A DNA stretch of 64,000 nt from Cyanophora paradoxa CCMP329 (taxonomy: Eukaryota; Plantae; Glaucophyta), in NCBI GenBank assembly GCA_004431415.1, contig QPMI01000054.1, forward strand, positions 388,236 to 452,235. The letters are read 5' to 3'. The stretch's first letter is position 1; the number at the start of each line of letters is the position of its first letter. Below are positions 20,501-29,721 of this stretch, piece after piece. Under the pieces are notes generated by a model that saw nothing but the letters and a program-made list of their open reading frames with translations, searched no databases and was not told the DNA's origin. The translations under genes and the position numbers were made by a program.

Positions 20501-22255
20501 CTCGAGCTCCGGCCTAAGGAAGCTGCGTCTGTGTGCACGCGGCCTCTATTCTGACCGTACGCGTTCCTCGGGGGCGGCGCGCAGGTGGGTGAACTGCGGC
20601 GGCCACAACACGCAGTCGGACGCTTTGGATGCGGCGGCGGAGGCCGAGGTCGACACCATCTGCCCCTGCGATATCCCGAAGTGCCAGGAGCTCCCGCCCA
20701 TCCCCGCGTGCCCCGCCGTGCGCCCGCGCCCGGCCTCTACAAGCAGCCCCCAGCTGCAGGCCATGGCCATCTAGATCTGCATACGAATCTTAAGGCGCGG
20801 GCCGCAGACCGATGTCAGCAGCCTGGCGACCGCGAACGCTGTCAGCTCGCTGGACGCCAAGATCGACGGGCTCGACTTCGACTGCAACTGCCCCGAGGTA
20901 CAGCGAAAGAGCGCGCGCGAGGCCTCTAGCTTCGCGATCGCACTCACGCCAAGTGCAGGTCGACCTGTCGGAGATCCTTAGCAAGCTCGACTCGCTCGCC
21001 AGCGACGTGACCGACATCAAGGGCGACGTGTCCACCATCAAGACCGACGTGACCGACATCAAGGGCGACGTGTCCACCATCAAGACCGACGTGTCCACCA
21101 TCAAGACCGACGTGACCGACATCAAGGGCGATGTGTCCACCATCAAGACCGACGTGTCCACCATCAAGACCGACGTGAACAACATCCAGGGCGACGTGAC
21201 CACCATTAAGGGCGACGTGTCCACCATCAAGACCGACGTGTCCACCGTCAACACCAAGGTGCGATTTGCGTATTTGTACTAACAGAAGATGCCAACGGCA
21301 GATTTCTTAACCGCCTGCCGGGCAGGTCGACAACCTGAGCACCCAGATCGACAACTGTGCGCTGTCTTGCAACTGCAGCTGATCGTGACTAGCCCCTCAC
21401 CGATCTGACGTGCGCATGCGCAGCGACCAAGACCATCACCGGCGCCGTCGGCGACTCGACGACCACGATCACGGGGGCGATCACCTCCGCGACCACCACG
21501 ATCACCGGCGCCGTCGACAACGCCGTCACCACGATCAACAGCAACACCGACAGCTCGGTCAAGAATGGTGAGCTCGAGCGCGGATAAAATTAAATGACTA
21601 GATGCATACGGGTTTTTGAAAAATCGACGATGTGCTTTATAATTAGATTGATTCCGCGCCTGACGCGGGTCGCGGCAGCGGCCACGGACATCAAGAACCA
21701 CATCGACAACACGGCCACGAACATCATCAACGACACGAAGACCAACATCGACAACTCGGCCAAGACCGTCATCGGCGACACGAAGACCAACATCGACAAC
21801 TCGGCCACCAAGATCATCGGCGACACTCAGACCAACATCGACACCTCGGCCAAGACCATCCAGGGCGACATCACCAACGCGACGACCAACATCACCAACC
21901 ACGTCGATGGCGCCGAGGAGGACATCAAGGCGAAGGTCGCCGAGGTGAGCTTTTGCGGCGCCTGCGCGGGGCCTGGGTCGCGACGGCTGACCGCTCGAGC
22001 CGCGCAGATCGAGCAGCTGGACATCGTCGCGTCGTTCACCAAGAACCCGAACGTGACCTGCTCGGCCGCCCAGAGCATCAACACCGTCGAGACCTTCGAC
22101 GCCGCGGTGCGCCCTGGGACCCCGCGCCGCCCGCCGGCCGGCCGCGACCGACGGGGCGGGGGCGGCGGCAGTACGGCGACGACGACCTCGACTTCGTGGA
22201 GGCGGATCTCGCCGCCGACGCCGCCTTCGCGGCCGACGAGGCCTACGACGCGTAG
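2597..22255 (+). CDS. Multi-exon host gene: EF-hand pair + Cys-rich linker + long coiled-coil (fibre-like) protein; intron 4 contains the LTR retrotransposon
   Basis: Exons ~2597-2602, 2760-2818, 2896-2950, 3027-3135 give MSLKCQ...FRAIDTNHDNFASQAELETFF (EF-hand). Exons after the element (20408-20474, 20585-20717, 20808-20897, 20959-21258, 21326-21356, 21424-21568, 21679-21943, 22008-22106, ~22171-22255) give VARADNKYANGNADGKLHINEWVNC (second EF-hand), CPCDIPKC..CNCPE, the repeats and an acidic tail. Phases checked are consistent; the junction across the element needs a GC donor at 3136. Confidence 0.7.
3271..3553 (+). repeat. 5' LTR
   Basis: Direct repeat of 19930-20212, identical by eye; TG...CA termini. 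Confidence 0.97.
3554..3578 (+). promoter_or_regulatory. Primer-binding site complementary to a tRNA 3' end including the T-loop
   Basis: GGCGCCATTCTGCCGGAATCGAACC directly follows the LTR; its reverse complement GGTTCGATTCCGGCAGAATGGCGCC reads as T-loop + acceptor strand + G + CC. Confidence 0.8.
4044..5930 (+). CDS. gag: Gag (capsid-like region + nucleocapsid CCHC knuckle); apparent frameshift at ~5025
   Basis: First long ORF after the PBS; CWTCGSLDHMRRDC (CX2CX4HX4C) at 5609-5650 with RGG-rich flanks. ORFs 4044-5144 and 5030-9118 join if one C is added to the CCCC at ~5024. Confidence 0.8.
5931..12770 (+). CDS. Uncharacterised ~2,300-aa region of the polyprotein between Gag and protease
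   Basis: Open in ORFs 5030-9118 and 8953-13140, joined by one missing C at ~9110 (MYPPDLNISEVV); globular-looking Trp/aromatic-rich blocks separated by Ala/Pro/Ser linkers; no domain recognised. Confidence 0.8.
12771..13560 (+). CDS. Retropepsin aspartic protease followed by a degenerate dUTPase-like beta segment
   Basis: ILFDTGA (DTGA 12910-12921); DLLVG motif in the -1 frame at ~13108; LHVRLLNPANEPVLLPAGAVVA resembles the pseudo-dUTPase segment common between PR and RT in gypsy elements. Confidence 0.75.
14426..15828 (+). CDS. pol: Reverse transcriptase + RNase H (apparent frameshift at ~14810)
   Basis: [43 protein letters not shown], YIDD (15019-15030), LRSFLGLAGYYRRF; RNase H motifs TDAS, ELECLAVVWAI, TDHQAL, DACSR. 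Confidence 0.97.
17122..18621 (+). CDS. Integrase (HHCC zinc finger, D,D35E core, GPF/Y motif); no chromodomain seen
   Basis: HDGWGH...FWWPGM...CHCCQ; D17662 (WQVD), D17836 (MDNG), E17944 (NGLVER) with 35-residue D-E spacing; WVGPF at ~18355-18369; TAA 18619-18621. Confidence 0.95.
   Translation: MRAAAFLDGPLPEALRHMFPARRVRLLAAQKADSLCRKLFSWHENGVNEARCTRASCQTGDCYLCSQAKAAFVKFAQKFDVDTDGVLVRRPAAPHGRFVPVLPESWQDRVLYAYHDGWGHRGASIVARRILLRFWWPGMLAAVARYVRSCHCCQFAKAVKPRRTAIAVIEAEGRNDLWQVDVFHLDPTPRGNRYLVAWVNAWDKYTRLYPKADLDGWSMLEMGRDFVSNEGVPLRLLMDNGSSLKGGPFNEYFRKLGTRFIYAAAYHHSTNGLVERLGGVVKTLLHAACRAEREPMHEWDQHVHEVQLALRTTVHAATGYSPALLHLGHELTLPADVRFGVEMLDTLSYADYVSIVVRSAKSREAAVREYRRWYRRQMVHRTGDLPDRRRFGVGDKVLCWLGDRDKGLFNSWVGPFTVMSVHPGGYTYVVRGLARPYGAVGAGRQKARDTRETIVHIDCMIPFRVRDANAPARPARGRPKAAGGPAAAAAAPAAPAGAA
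18792..18921 (+). repeat. Two 45-bp direct repeats with a hairpin, in the retroelement 3' untranslated region
   Basis: GCGGGCGGCCG(tca/gtg)GCCTTGAGCACAGCTCGGC(g/a)CGGTGACAGGG at 18792-18836 and 18877-18921. Confidence 0.85.
19665..19787 (+). repeat. Three tandem copies of TTTTCGATTCCCGGCAGT(A/C)GCCGG upstream of the PPT
   Basis: Copies at 19665-19689, 19710-19733 and 19762-19787. Confidence 0.9.
19918..19928 (+). promoter_or_regulatory. Polypurine tract
   Basis: GAGAGGAGGAG ends one base before the 3' LTR. Confidence 0.85.
19930..20212 (+). repeat. 3' LTR
   Basis: Identical by eye to 3271-3553; followed by the ATATG duplication. Confidence 0.97.
21004..21250 (+). repeat. 21-bp coding tandem repeat (heptads DVSTIKT/DVTDIKG)
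   Basis: About 11-12 copies of GACGTG(T/A)CC(AC/GA)CATCAAG(ACC/GGC). Confidence 0.9.
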
Positions 22256-23722
22256 AGCGCGCCCCGCTCTCGGGCGTGGACCCTTTGGCCGCGTGCACAT
22301 GTGGCCGATGTCTGCAGCTGTACATGTAGACGTCGCTGCCGCGGCCGCGGCCGCTTTCGGTCGTCCTTTTTGTTGAATTTACGTGTACATGTGGATTGGA
22401 TCATGATGATGAAAATATACTTAGAGATTATAATCAAAGAAGATGGAATACGTGTGCGCAATTGTTTGTTGTATGTACACGTACGCGTCTTGCGCGCTCG
22501 TGTGTGTTGATTCGGGCGTCCGACGGTCTTGCTGTTCGTGTAGGACATGTACACTGATCATGATCAGCTGCGCATGCGCATCATGGGCATGCATATGCCA
22601 ATATCATGATGATGCATATGCCGCATGCATATGCGCGGCGCATATGCATGCGAATGTACTCCCATGACCAGCTGCAGCTGCAGGATGATATATACGCACG
22701 GATCCGGATATCGATATCGATGCTCTAGATCTGGATTCGAATTCGAACTGATCAGGAAGCCGCTGATCATGATCATGAGATCTAAGATTTGCCAAGCGCC
22801 AGCTGCGCATGCAGGCCGCCGCGGCCGGCGCCGGCCGATCGATTTCGAGCTGATCAAGACTCTCAGTGAACCGTTGAACGCGATTAACGCCCCGATCGAT
22901 ATCCGCACTCCGAACCATACGCATGCGCATGCTCTCTATAGCTACTTAAGCTTAAGCTTGAGCATGTCCCGCCGGGCCGATCATCGAATTCGAACATGGC
23001 GGCCCGGGCCAAATTCCACGGGCACGGGTTGAATTGGCAATTGCAATGCCTGGCAATGCCTGGCGATGCCTGGCAAGCGTCGCCAAGCGCGCGCGCGAAG
23101 TCATGTGTATGCGCCAAATATTAACGTGCATATGCATGCGCCAATATTAATGGCCAATTGCAATTGCACGCTTCATGATCAGGCCGCAACGTTAACGGAC
23201 CGCAAGGCCGCAAGCTTAATTGGAAACGGGGTAGGGCACCGTAGGGGCCGTAGGGCCCCCGGCCCGGCCCGTTTCCTGTCGACGTACTTTTTTTAGCGGC
23301 TGCTTCGCGATTCAATGATTCGCTGATTCGGCTGCGCTGTGACACGCGCTCCGGGATCCTCGCTGCGGCCGAGTCGAGCTCAAATGCGATTTGATCATGA
23401 TCATGAATATTAATTTGAAGCAGTTGCTAATATAACTCAGTGCACGTGACTGCCGCCGAGCCGATCCGCCCGATCTGCTCTGCTAGCGCTGCTCTCAACT
23501 TAGAGTCTCAAGGGTCAATTCTCAGCGCTAGCTGCAGACTGATCTCCTGTGCTGCTTTCAGCTGCCAGTGCAGACTCTAGACTCTCAGAACGAGCCGGCA
23601 CTTTCGGGGCGTCGCCGAAGTGCCGAAGCCCGTGGCCGGGGTAGAGGTTCAGACGAAGCGAAACTCTTTGGGTGACTCGCGGGAGGGCTTTTGCACTCGG
23701 GAGTGGCACTTTTTGAGCACCT

Positions 23723-26700
23723 GTGGCACCGCAGCAGCACGCCAGTGAGCCCCGGCGACTCCGAGGTCGCTCGGAGCATCAGTCTGAATTCGAAGCAGCG
23801 CTATCCGCGTTCGCCGCGCCGTCCAGCGATGATGGTGCTCGAGCGCTGCGGATGAGTCACAGCTACGCGACGGCGGGGGCGCTCGCTCCGGCGCTGGCGG
23901 TGCCTCCGCCCGCGCCCCCGCCCCCGCCAGCGCCGGTTGCGGCTCCGGCAGCTGCAGCGCAAGCGGCTCCAGCAGGCGCAGCGGCGGCATCGACGGCGCA
24001 TGCGGCCGCGCCCGGCGCGAGGCCCGCGAACGGGCGCCCGCGCCCGGCGGTGGCCGTCGACAGCGTCTGGGCGTGCCAGAAGTTCTCGTACAGGGAGATC
24101 GAGGAGCTGACTGGCCGCTTCGAGAGCGAGATCGGCCGCGGCGCCTACGGATGCGTCTACAGGTGCGATCCGGATCCCACCGCGCTCCGCCGGCGCTCCG
24201 CCGGCAGGCGCGGGCGACGGAGGGGGCGCAGGGGGCGGTGGCGGGGCCGGGAGCTGGCGGTGAAGCGGCTGGACGCGGCGCTGAGCGCCGACGTGGCGCG
24301 CTCCGTGAGCGAGGCCGAGATCCGCGTCCTCAGCGGCCTCCACCACCCGAACCTCCTCGAGGCGCCCGCCCCGCCCGCCCCGCCCGCCCCGCCCGCCCCG
24401 CCCTCCTCACGGGCAGCAGCTGGTGGGGTACGCGGGGCGGAGGGCCCGCCGGAGGCCCGCACGCCGCCCTGCCTCGTCTACGTGCTAGCCCCCAACGGCA
24501 ACCTGCGGGCGCGCCCCGCCGCCGCCGCCCGCCCGCCCGCCCGCACGCCGCCGGCGCCTGACGGAGCGCAGGACGCGCTGGGACGCACGGGGTACGCGGA
24601 CCGGATGCGAGTCGCCATCGGCGTCGCGCGCGGCCTGGCCTTCATGCACTGCGCCAAGGCCCGCCCCGCCCCGCCCCTCGCGCCGCCCCTCGGCCGCCGA
24701 GCGGGGGCCGCGCGCGCAGCCGTCGCCGGTGTGCCACCGGGACATCAAGCCGGAGAACATCCTCCTGGACGCCCGCATGAACCCCCTCATCGGCGGTCCC
24801 CGCCCCGCCCGCCCCGCAGCCGCCGCGCCGCTGAGAGGCGCGGGCCGCGCAGACGCCGGCCTCTCGCGGCTGATGCCGGCGCGCGAGCTCAGCACCCGCG
24901 TCTCCTCCGCCGTCGAGGGTTCGCCCCCGCCCGCTTCGCCCGCCCCGCCCCGCCCGCCCGGGCTCGACCGCCCCGCCCCGCCCCGCCCCGCCGCAGGCTG
25001 CTTCCCTACCTCTGCCCGACTACTTCCGGTGCCGCGCCCCGCCCCGTCCCCGCCCCGGCGAGCGGGCGCGACGCGGGCGGGCGCAGGACGGGCAGCTGAC
25101 GCTGCGGGCCGACGTCTACTCCTTCGGCGTCGTGCGCCCCCGCGGGGCGCCCCGGGCCGGGAGAGGCGCGGGGGCGGGCGGGCCGGGCGGCGTGGTGAGC
25201 CGGGCGGGCGGGGGGGCGGCAGGTGCTGCTGGAGCTCGTCTCGGGCCTGCGCGCCGTCGACCGCGCCCGCAAGCCCGTCTACCTCGTCGACTTCGCCAAG
25301 GTACCCCCCGCCCCTCGCGTCTCCTTCCTGTACCCCCCTCTCACGAGCTCGGGCAGGCGTACCTGCGGGAGCGCGGCGGCCTTAACCGCGCCTTCGTCGA
25401 GACCCCGCGCCTCGACGGGCTCGTCGACCCCCGGTACCCCCCCAGCGAACGTTTTTTCGATCACCGTACCCCCGTCCCTGACCCCCTGCCCCCGTCCCAG
25501 GGTGCAGGACTTCCCCGTCCTGTGGATCCAGGGGTGCCTGAAGCTCGCCCTTGAGTGCGCCGTACCCGGCCGGGCGCCCGCCGCGGCGCCGACGTACCCC
25601 TCTGCCGCCTCAGATGCGTCCGCTCGTCGCCTGAGCGCCGCCCCGAGATGGCCGGTGCCCTCGCCCGGCGCCGCGTACCCCTCCTGCCCCTCACCCCCCG
25701 GCCAGCCGTGCTGCGCACCCTGGTGGTGCTGCGCCGGCTGAACACGGTGGCTCTCTCGCGCTCCCTCGCCGCCCTCCGCGGGCACCAGCCCCTCCCGCTC
25801 GTGCGCGCGTACCCCCTCGCCCCTCCGGCCACTCACCGTTACCGTTACCCCCCCGCAGGAGACGCAGCCGCCGGGCAGCCCGGGGCCGCGCGAGGCGGGG
25901 GACGAGCGGCGCCCGAGCTCCGGCGGCGGCGCCGGGTGCGCCGCCGCCCCAGACGGCCCCTGTACCCCGCCGATCGCGCCGCGCCCAGGCTGGGCGAGCT
26001 GGACGCGGCGGGCTCGGTGCGGGACTCGGCGCACGACCTTGAGACCCGCGGCGCCATCTCCGCCTGCGTCCCCGTGCGCCCCCGCACCCTGCGAGCCCCC
26101 CGCCCGTACCCCCGCGGGCGACCGTACCCCCCCCCCCCAGGAGCTGCCGGGGAGCGTGGCGGCGTCGGTGGAGGGCCACCTGAGGACGACGGACCCCGTG
26201 CAGCGCCTCCTCGGCACCGTCCGCCCCCGCCGCCCGCGGCCCCAACGCGCTCGAGCCCCTCACCCCGCACCCTCTCCCCGCCAGATCCCCGACGTCGCCC
26301 AACAGCTCGCCCAGGCGCGCCCCGCCCCGGCCCCGGCCCCCGCCCGCCCGGCCGCCTCGGAGCGAGCGAACTACGCGGGCAGTTCACGGGGGCGGTGCTG
26401 GTGGCGCTGGCGCTGCACGTGCCGGCGCCGCCGGCCGTCGCCGCCGCCCTCCACGCCGCCTGCCTCCGCGAGGCCCACGCCGCCCGCCCGGGCCCCAGCT
26501 CGCCGTCCGCTGCCCCCTCCCCGCCCCCTCCTCCGCCGCCCCGCCCCGTTAACGTTCACCCCCCGGCAGGCCTGGTGCCGCCTCACCGACGCCGCCCTGG
26601 AGGTGCGCGCCCGCGCCCCGCCCCGGGCGGCCGCCGCCGCGCCTCAAAGCGGGCGGCGCGGGCCCCAGTACCTGCCGTTCACGGGGTGGTGGCGCGGCTG

Positions 26701-28160
26701 CGGGCGACGGGCGCCGCCGAGTTCGCCCGCGCCGTCCTCCGCCTCCGCAACAACTCCGCCCTCGTCCGCCCGCCCCCGCCCGCCCCGCCCCGCCCGCCCC
26801 GCCTCGAGCTGGCCCCGCGGCAGTTCCCGTTCTCGTGCGGGGCGGACGCGGGGGCGCTGCGGGAGGTGGACGCCGCCCTCCGCGCCGCCCTCGCCGCCCT
26901 CGTCGACCTCCTCCGCGAGCACGGCCCGCCCGCGCCCCGGCCCCGCCCCTGCCGCCCCGCCTTGTGACGCTTCCCCGCGCGCCTCAGTGCTCTTTGCCGC
27001 GGGCCGCCCGGGGCCCCTTCCGCCCCGTCTGCGGCCTCCCCGTCCTCGACCCCGCCCCGCCGACGCGAGGCCCGCCCGCCCCCTCCCCCTCGAGGGATGC
27101 ACCCCGGGCGACTCTGAGGGCGGCGCAGGCGGCGGGCGCGTGGCGGCGCTGGAGGCGCGCTGGCGGGCGGAGGGGCGCCCGCCCCTCGCCCCGCACCACG
27201 TCTACCTCGCCCGCGCCGACGGCGGCGAGCTCATGCCGGCAGGCCCGCCTGCCCCGCTCCCCCTGCCCCTCTCGTTGCTCACGTACCCCGCTGAGAGCGT
27301 CGTACCCCGCAGCCTGATCGGGGCGGTGGATCTGTTCCCCTTCCTCTTCGCGGAGGCCCTGCTGGGCGCCGGGAGGGGGCCGGAGGCGGGAGAGCTCGAG
27401 GCGCCGGCGGGGGCGCGGGGGCGGGCCCCGGGGCGGCGGGGCGGCCCCGGCCCCGTCCCCGCAGCGCGAGCGCGTCGCCGCCTTCCACCACATGGAGGTG
27501 CGCCCCCCCGGGGCCCGGGGGCCCCTCTCTGGATCTGTCAGACGTGATGCTTGTCATTCACGAGAAGTCATCGTTGAATTTAAGAAGCCTAGACTGAGCG
27601 TTTCCGCGCCCGTTCCGTGCGGCCCGCCATGCGCCGGCCTCCGACGCCGCGCGGGGCGGGGCAGGAGGTGGCGGAGGACCGGCGGCTGGCGCCCGTCTTC
27701 TGCTGCTTCTCGGGGGCCCCGCCCCTCTACAAGAGCTTCCGGAGGTCCCCCCCGCCCCGCCCCGCCCCTCGGAGGGCTCCTTTCCCTCCTGTCGCCCCTG
27801 ACGCGGGGCGCGGGGCGCAGGGTGGACCCCGAGGACGGCCCGCACCCCGTGCTCGCCAGCCCCCTCTTCGCCCCCCTCGCCCGCCCGCCCCCGCCGGCCG
27901 CGGCGACCGGGCCCGGGCCCCCCGCGAGCCCCTCCTCCCCGCCCCCGCCCCCGCCCCGGCCCCGGCCCCGCCTTCCCCCAGCGCTCGCCCCCGCCCTCCC
28001 GCCGGCCCTACTAGCACGAGCCGACGTCCCCGCCGGGACCATCTGTTACTCGAGAGCATTCGCGTCTGACTCTTCGGTCGATGAACGACACGTCAATGCA
28101 GACAGTCTATTGAAAAAGATAGACGAGAGTGCGGCCAGAAGAGAAGAGAGCGGGGCCTAG
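23723..28160 (+). CDS. RLK/Pelle (IRAK)-like cytoplasmic Ser/Thr kinase with a long unknown C-terminal region; multi-exon, start and stop uncertain
   Basis: FSYREIEELTGRF, IGRGAYGCVY, LAVKRL, EIRVLSGLHHPNLL, LVY..NGNL, RMRVAIGVARGLAFMH, HRDIKPENILLD, DAGLSR, ADVYSFGVVLLELVSG spread over short introns (24070-25650). Confidence 0.85.
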
Positions 28161-29583
28161 GCGCTGCGCTTGGTCTCCTCCTCGGCGTAGGGGTTGCGGG
28201 CCGGCTCGAGCTTCTCGAGGACGGCCTTGAGCCCAAGGTAGAGCATCGCCGACTGCGCCCCCGCGTTGCTCGCGAAGCTCGCCACTGCCGTGCGAGTGAG
28301 CTTCTGGGCGGGGCAGGGGGGCGGGCCCGGGGTACAGCGCGCACCGAGGAGGAGCTGGACGAGGGCGGCGGAGACGAGCTCCTGGGAGCCCTGCTCCTCC
28401 GCGATCTTGTTCGTGATGCTCGTCAGCGCCGTCGTGATAAGCTGCGGCGCGGTGAGCCGTCGGGGGTGCGGATGCGGAGCACGGGGGGTACCGCACCTCC
28501 AGGATGTCGTAGCCCAGGATGACACCCACGAACTGCAGCTGGCAGAAGAGCCCCAGCGTCTTCAGCGCCTGGGGGTACGGGTCGGAGCGGTAGGGGGGTA
28601 CAGCGGTGGCGCAATCCGGACCGTGGCGGCTGGCCAGAGTGCGACAAAAGGCAGCTTCCGCCTCATCCTGCGGGGGGGCCGCTCGAGGGGGGTACGGCGC
28701 GGAAGAGGCGGGGGGCACGGCGCACCCGAAGCCGTAGACGACGCTGAGGGGCCCGACGGTGAGGAGGAACTTGAAGCCAAGGGTGGGCCCCCCGAACGTG
28801 AAGCACATCTGCGCGCCGCGGCTCGCGCGAGGCGGGGCGGGGCGCGGGCGGGGCTGGGGGGAGGGCGCGGGCGCGGCGCACGATGGAGCCGACGACCATA
28901 GTGGAGAGGTACTCGCGCGGGCCGTGCCGGATCGCCGCCAGCGCGGGCGGCGCTGCGGCCCCCGCCATGATCGCGATGTCGCTCGGAGAAGGAACGACCT
29001 TCGCGATCTGCGCGCGGCGTCGGCGTCGGCGCCGGCGCACCCCCGCCGCGGGCCCCTGAGTTCGCACTGCGTAAAGCACGGCACTCGTTGACGCGAGCAT
29101 CGCGCTCTCGACGATTGGCAGCGCCGCCGCGAACGCGTCGGCGTCCGGCCCGACGCGCCGCGGAGCGTCGTCGATCTCCGCGGCGTTTTGAAAGCGGTCG
29201 GGCGGCGGCGGCGTCGGCTCGCCGGGCGAGTCGGCGCGGCGCGGGGGCCGCCGCCCCTCCCGCACGGCCTCCAGGTCCCTCATTAGCTGCTCCGCCCGCC
29301 GCACGCCCTGCCGCTGGACGGCGGCGGCGGGCGGCGCCTGCGGCTCGGCTGCATCGAGCTCCTGGGCCGCGGGCTGCGCGGGGACGCTCGGCCGCTCCTC
29401 CAGCTCGCAGCTCCACACGAGGCGGACCGGCCGCGCGGCTCGGGCGCCGCTCGGGAGACGCCGCACGCGCTCATGATTTGCGGCGCCTACGCGCTGGCGG
29501 CCGAGCGAGAATGATCCGACGCCCCCGCACAGCGAGAGCGGCACCGCGCACACGCCGAACGCCGGCGCCGGACCGCTGGCCAT
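28157..29583 (-). CDS. DUF2232 (YybS-like) membrane protein, probably plastid-targeted
   Basis: IVESAMLASTSAVLY...PALAAIRHG...GGPTLGFKFLLTVGPLSVVYG resembles cyanobacterial DUF2232; N-terminus MASGPAPAFG with an early Phe is transit-peptide-like. Confidence 0.6.
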
Positions 29584-29721
29584 ACGGTGGTCGGATACTG
29601 TACCCCCCGCTTCTGCCTTCACCTCAATTCGAGCTCGAGGCAGGTGTGAGGAGAGAATCAAAACGCGGGTCGACGTTATCGGCTTCAGCTTCAAGGAGCG
29701 GCACAGCAGAGGCGGGCGGGG

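Noticed and set aside
28157-28160. Convergent genes sharing stop codons in CTAG
   Set aside because: The kinase gene 3' end is unreliable because of homopolymer indels; its true stop may be near 28014.
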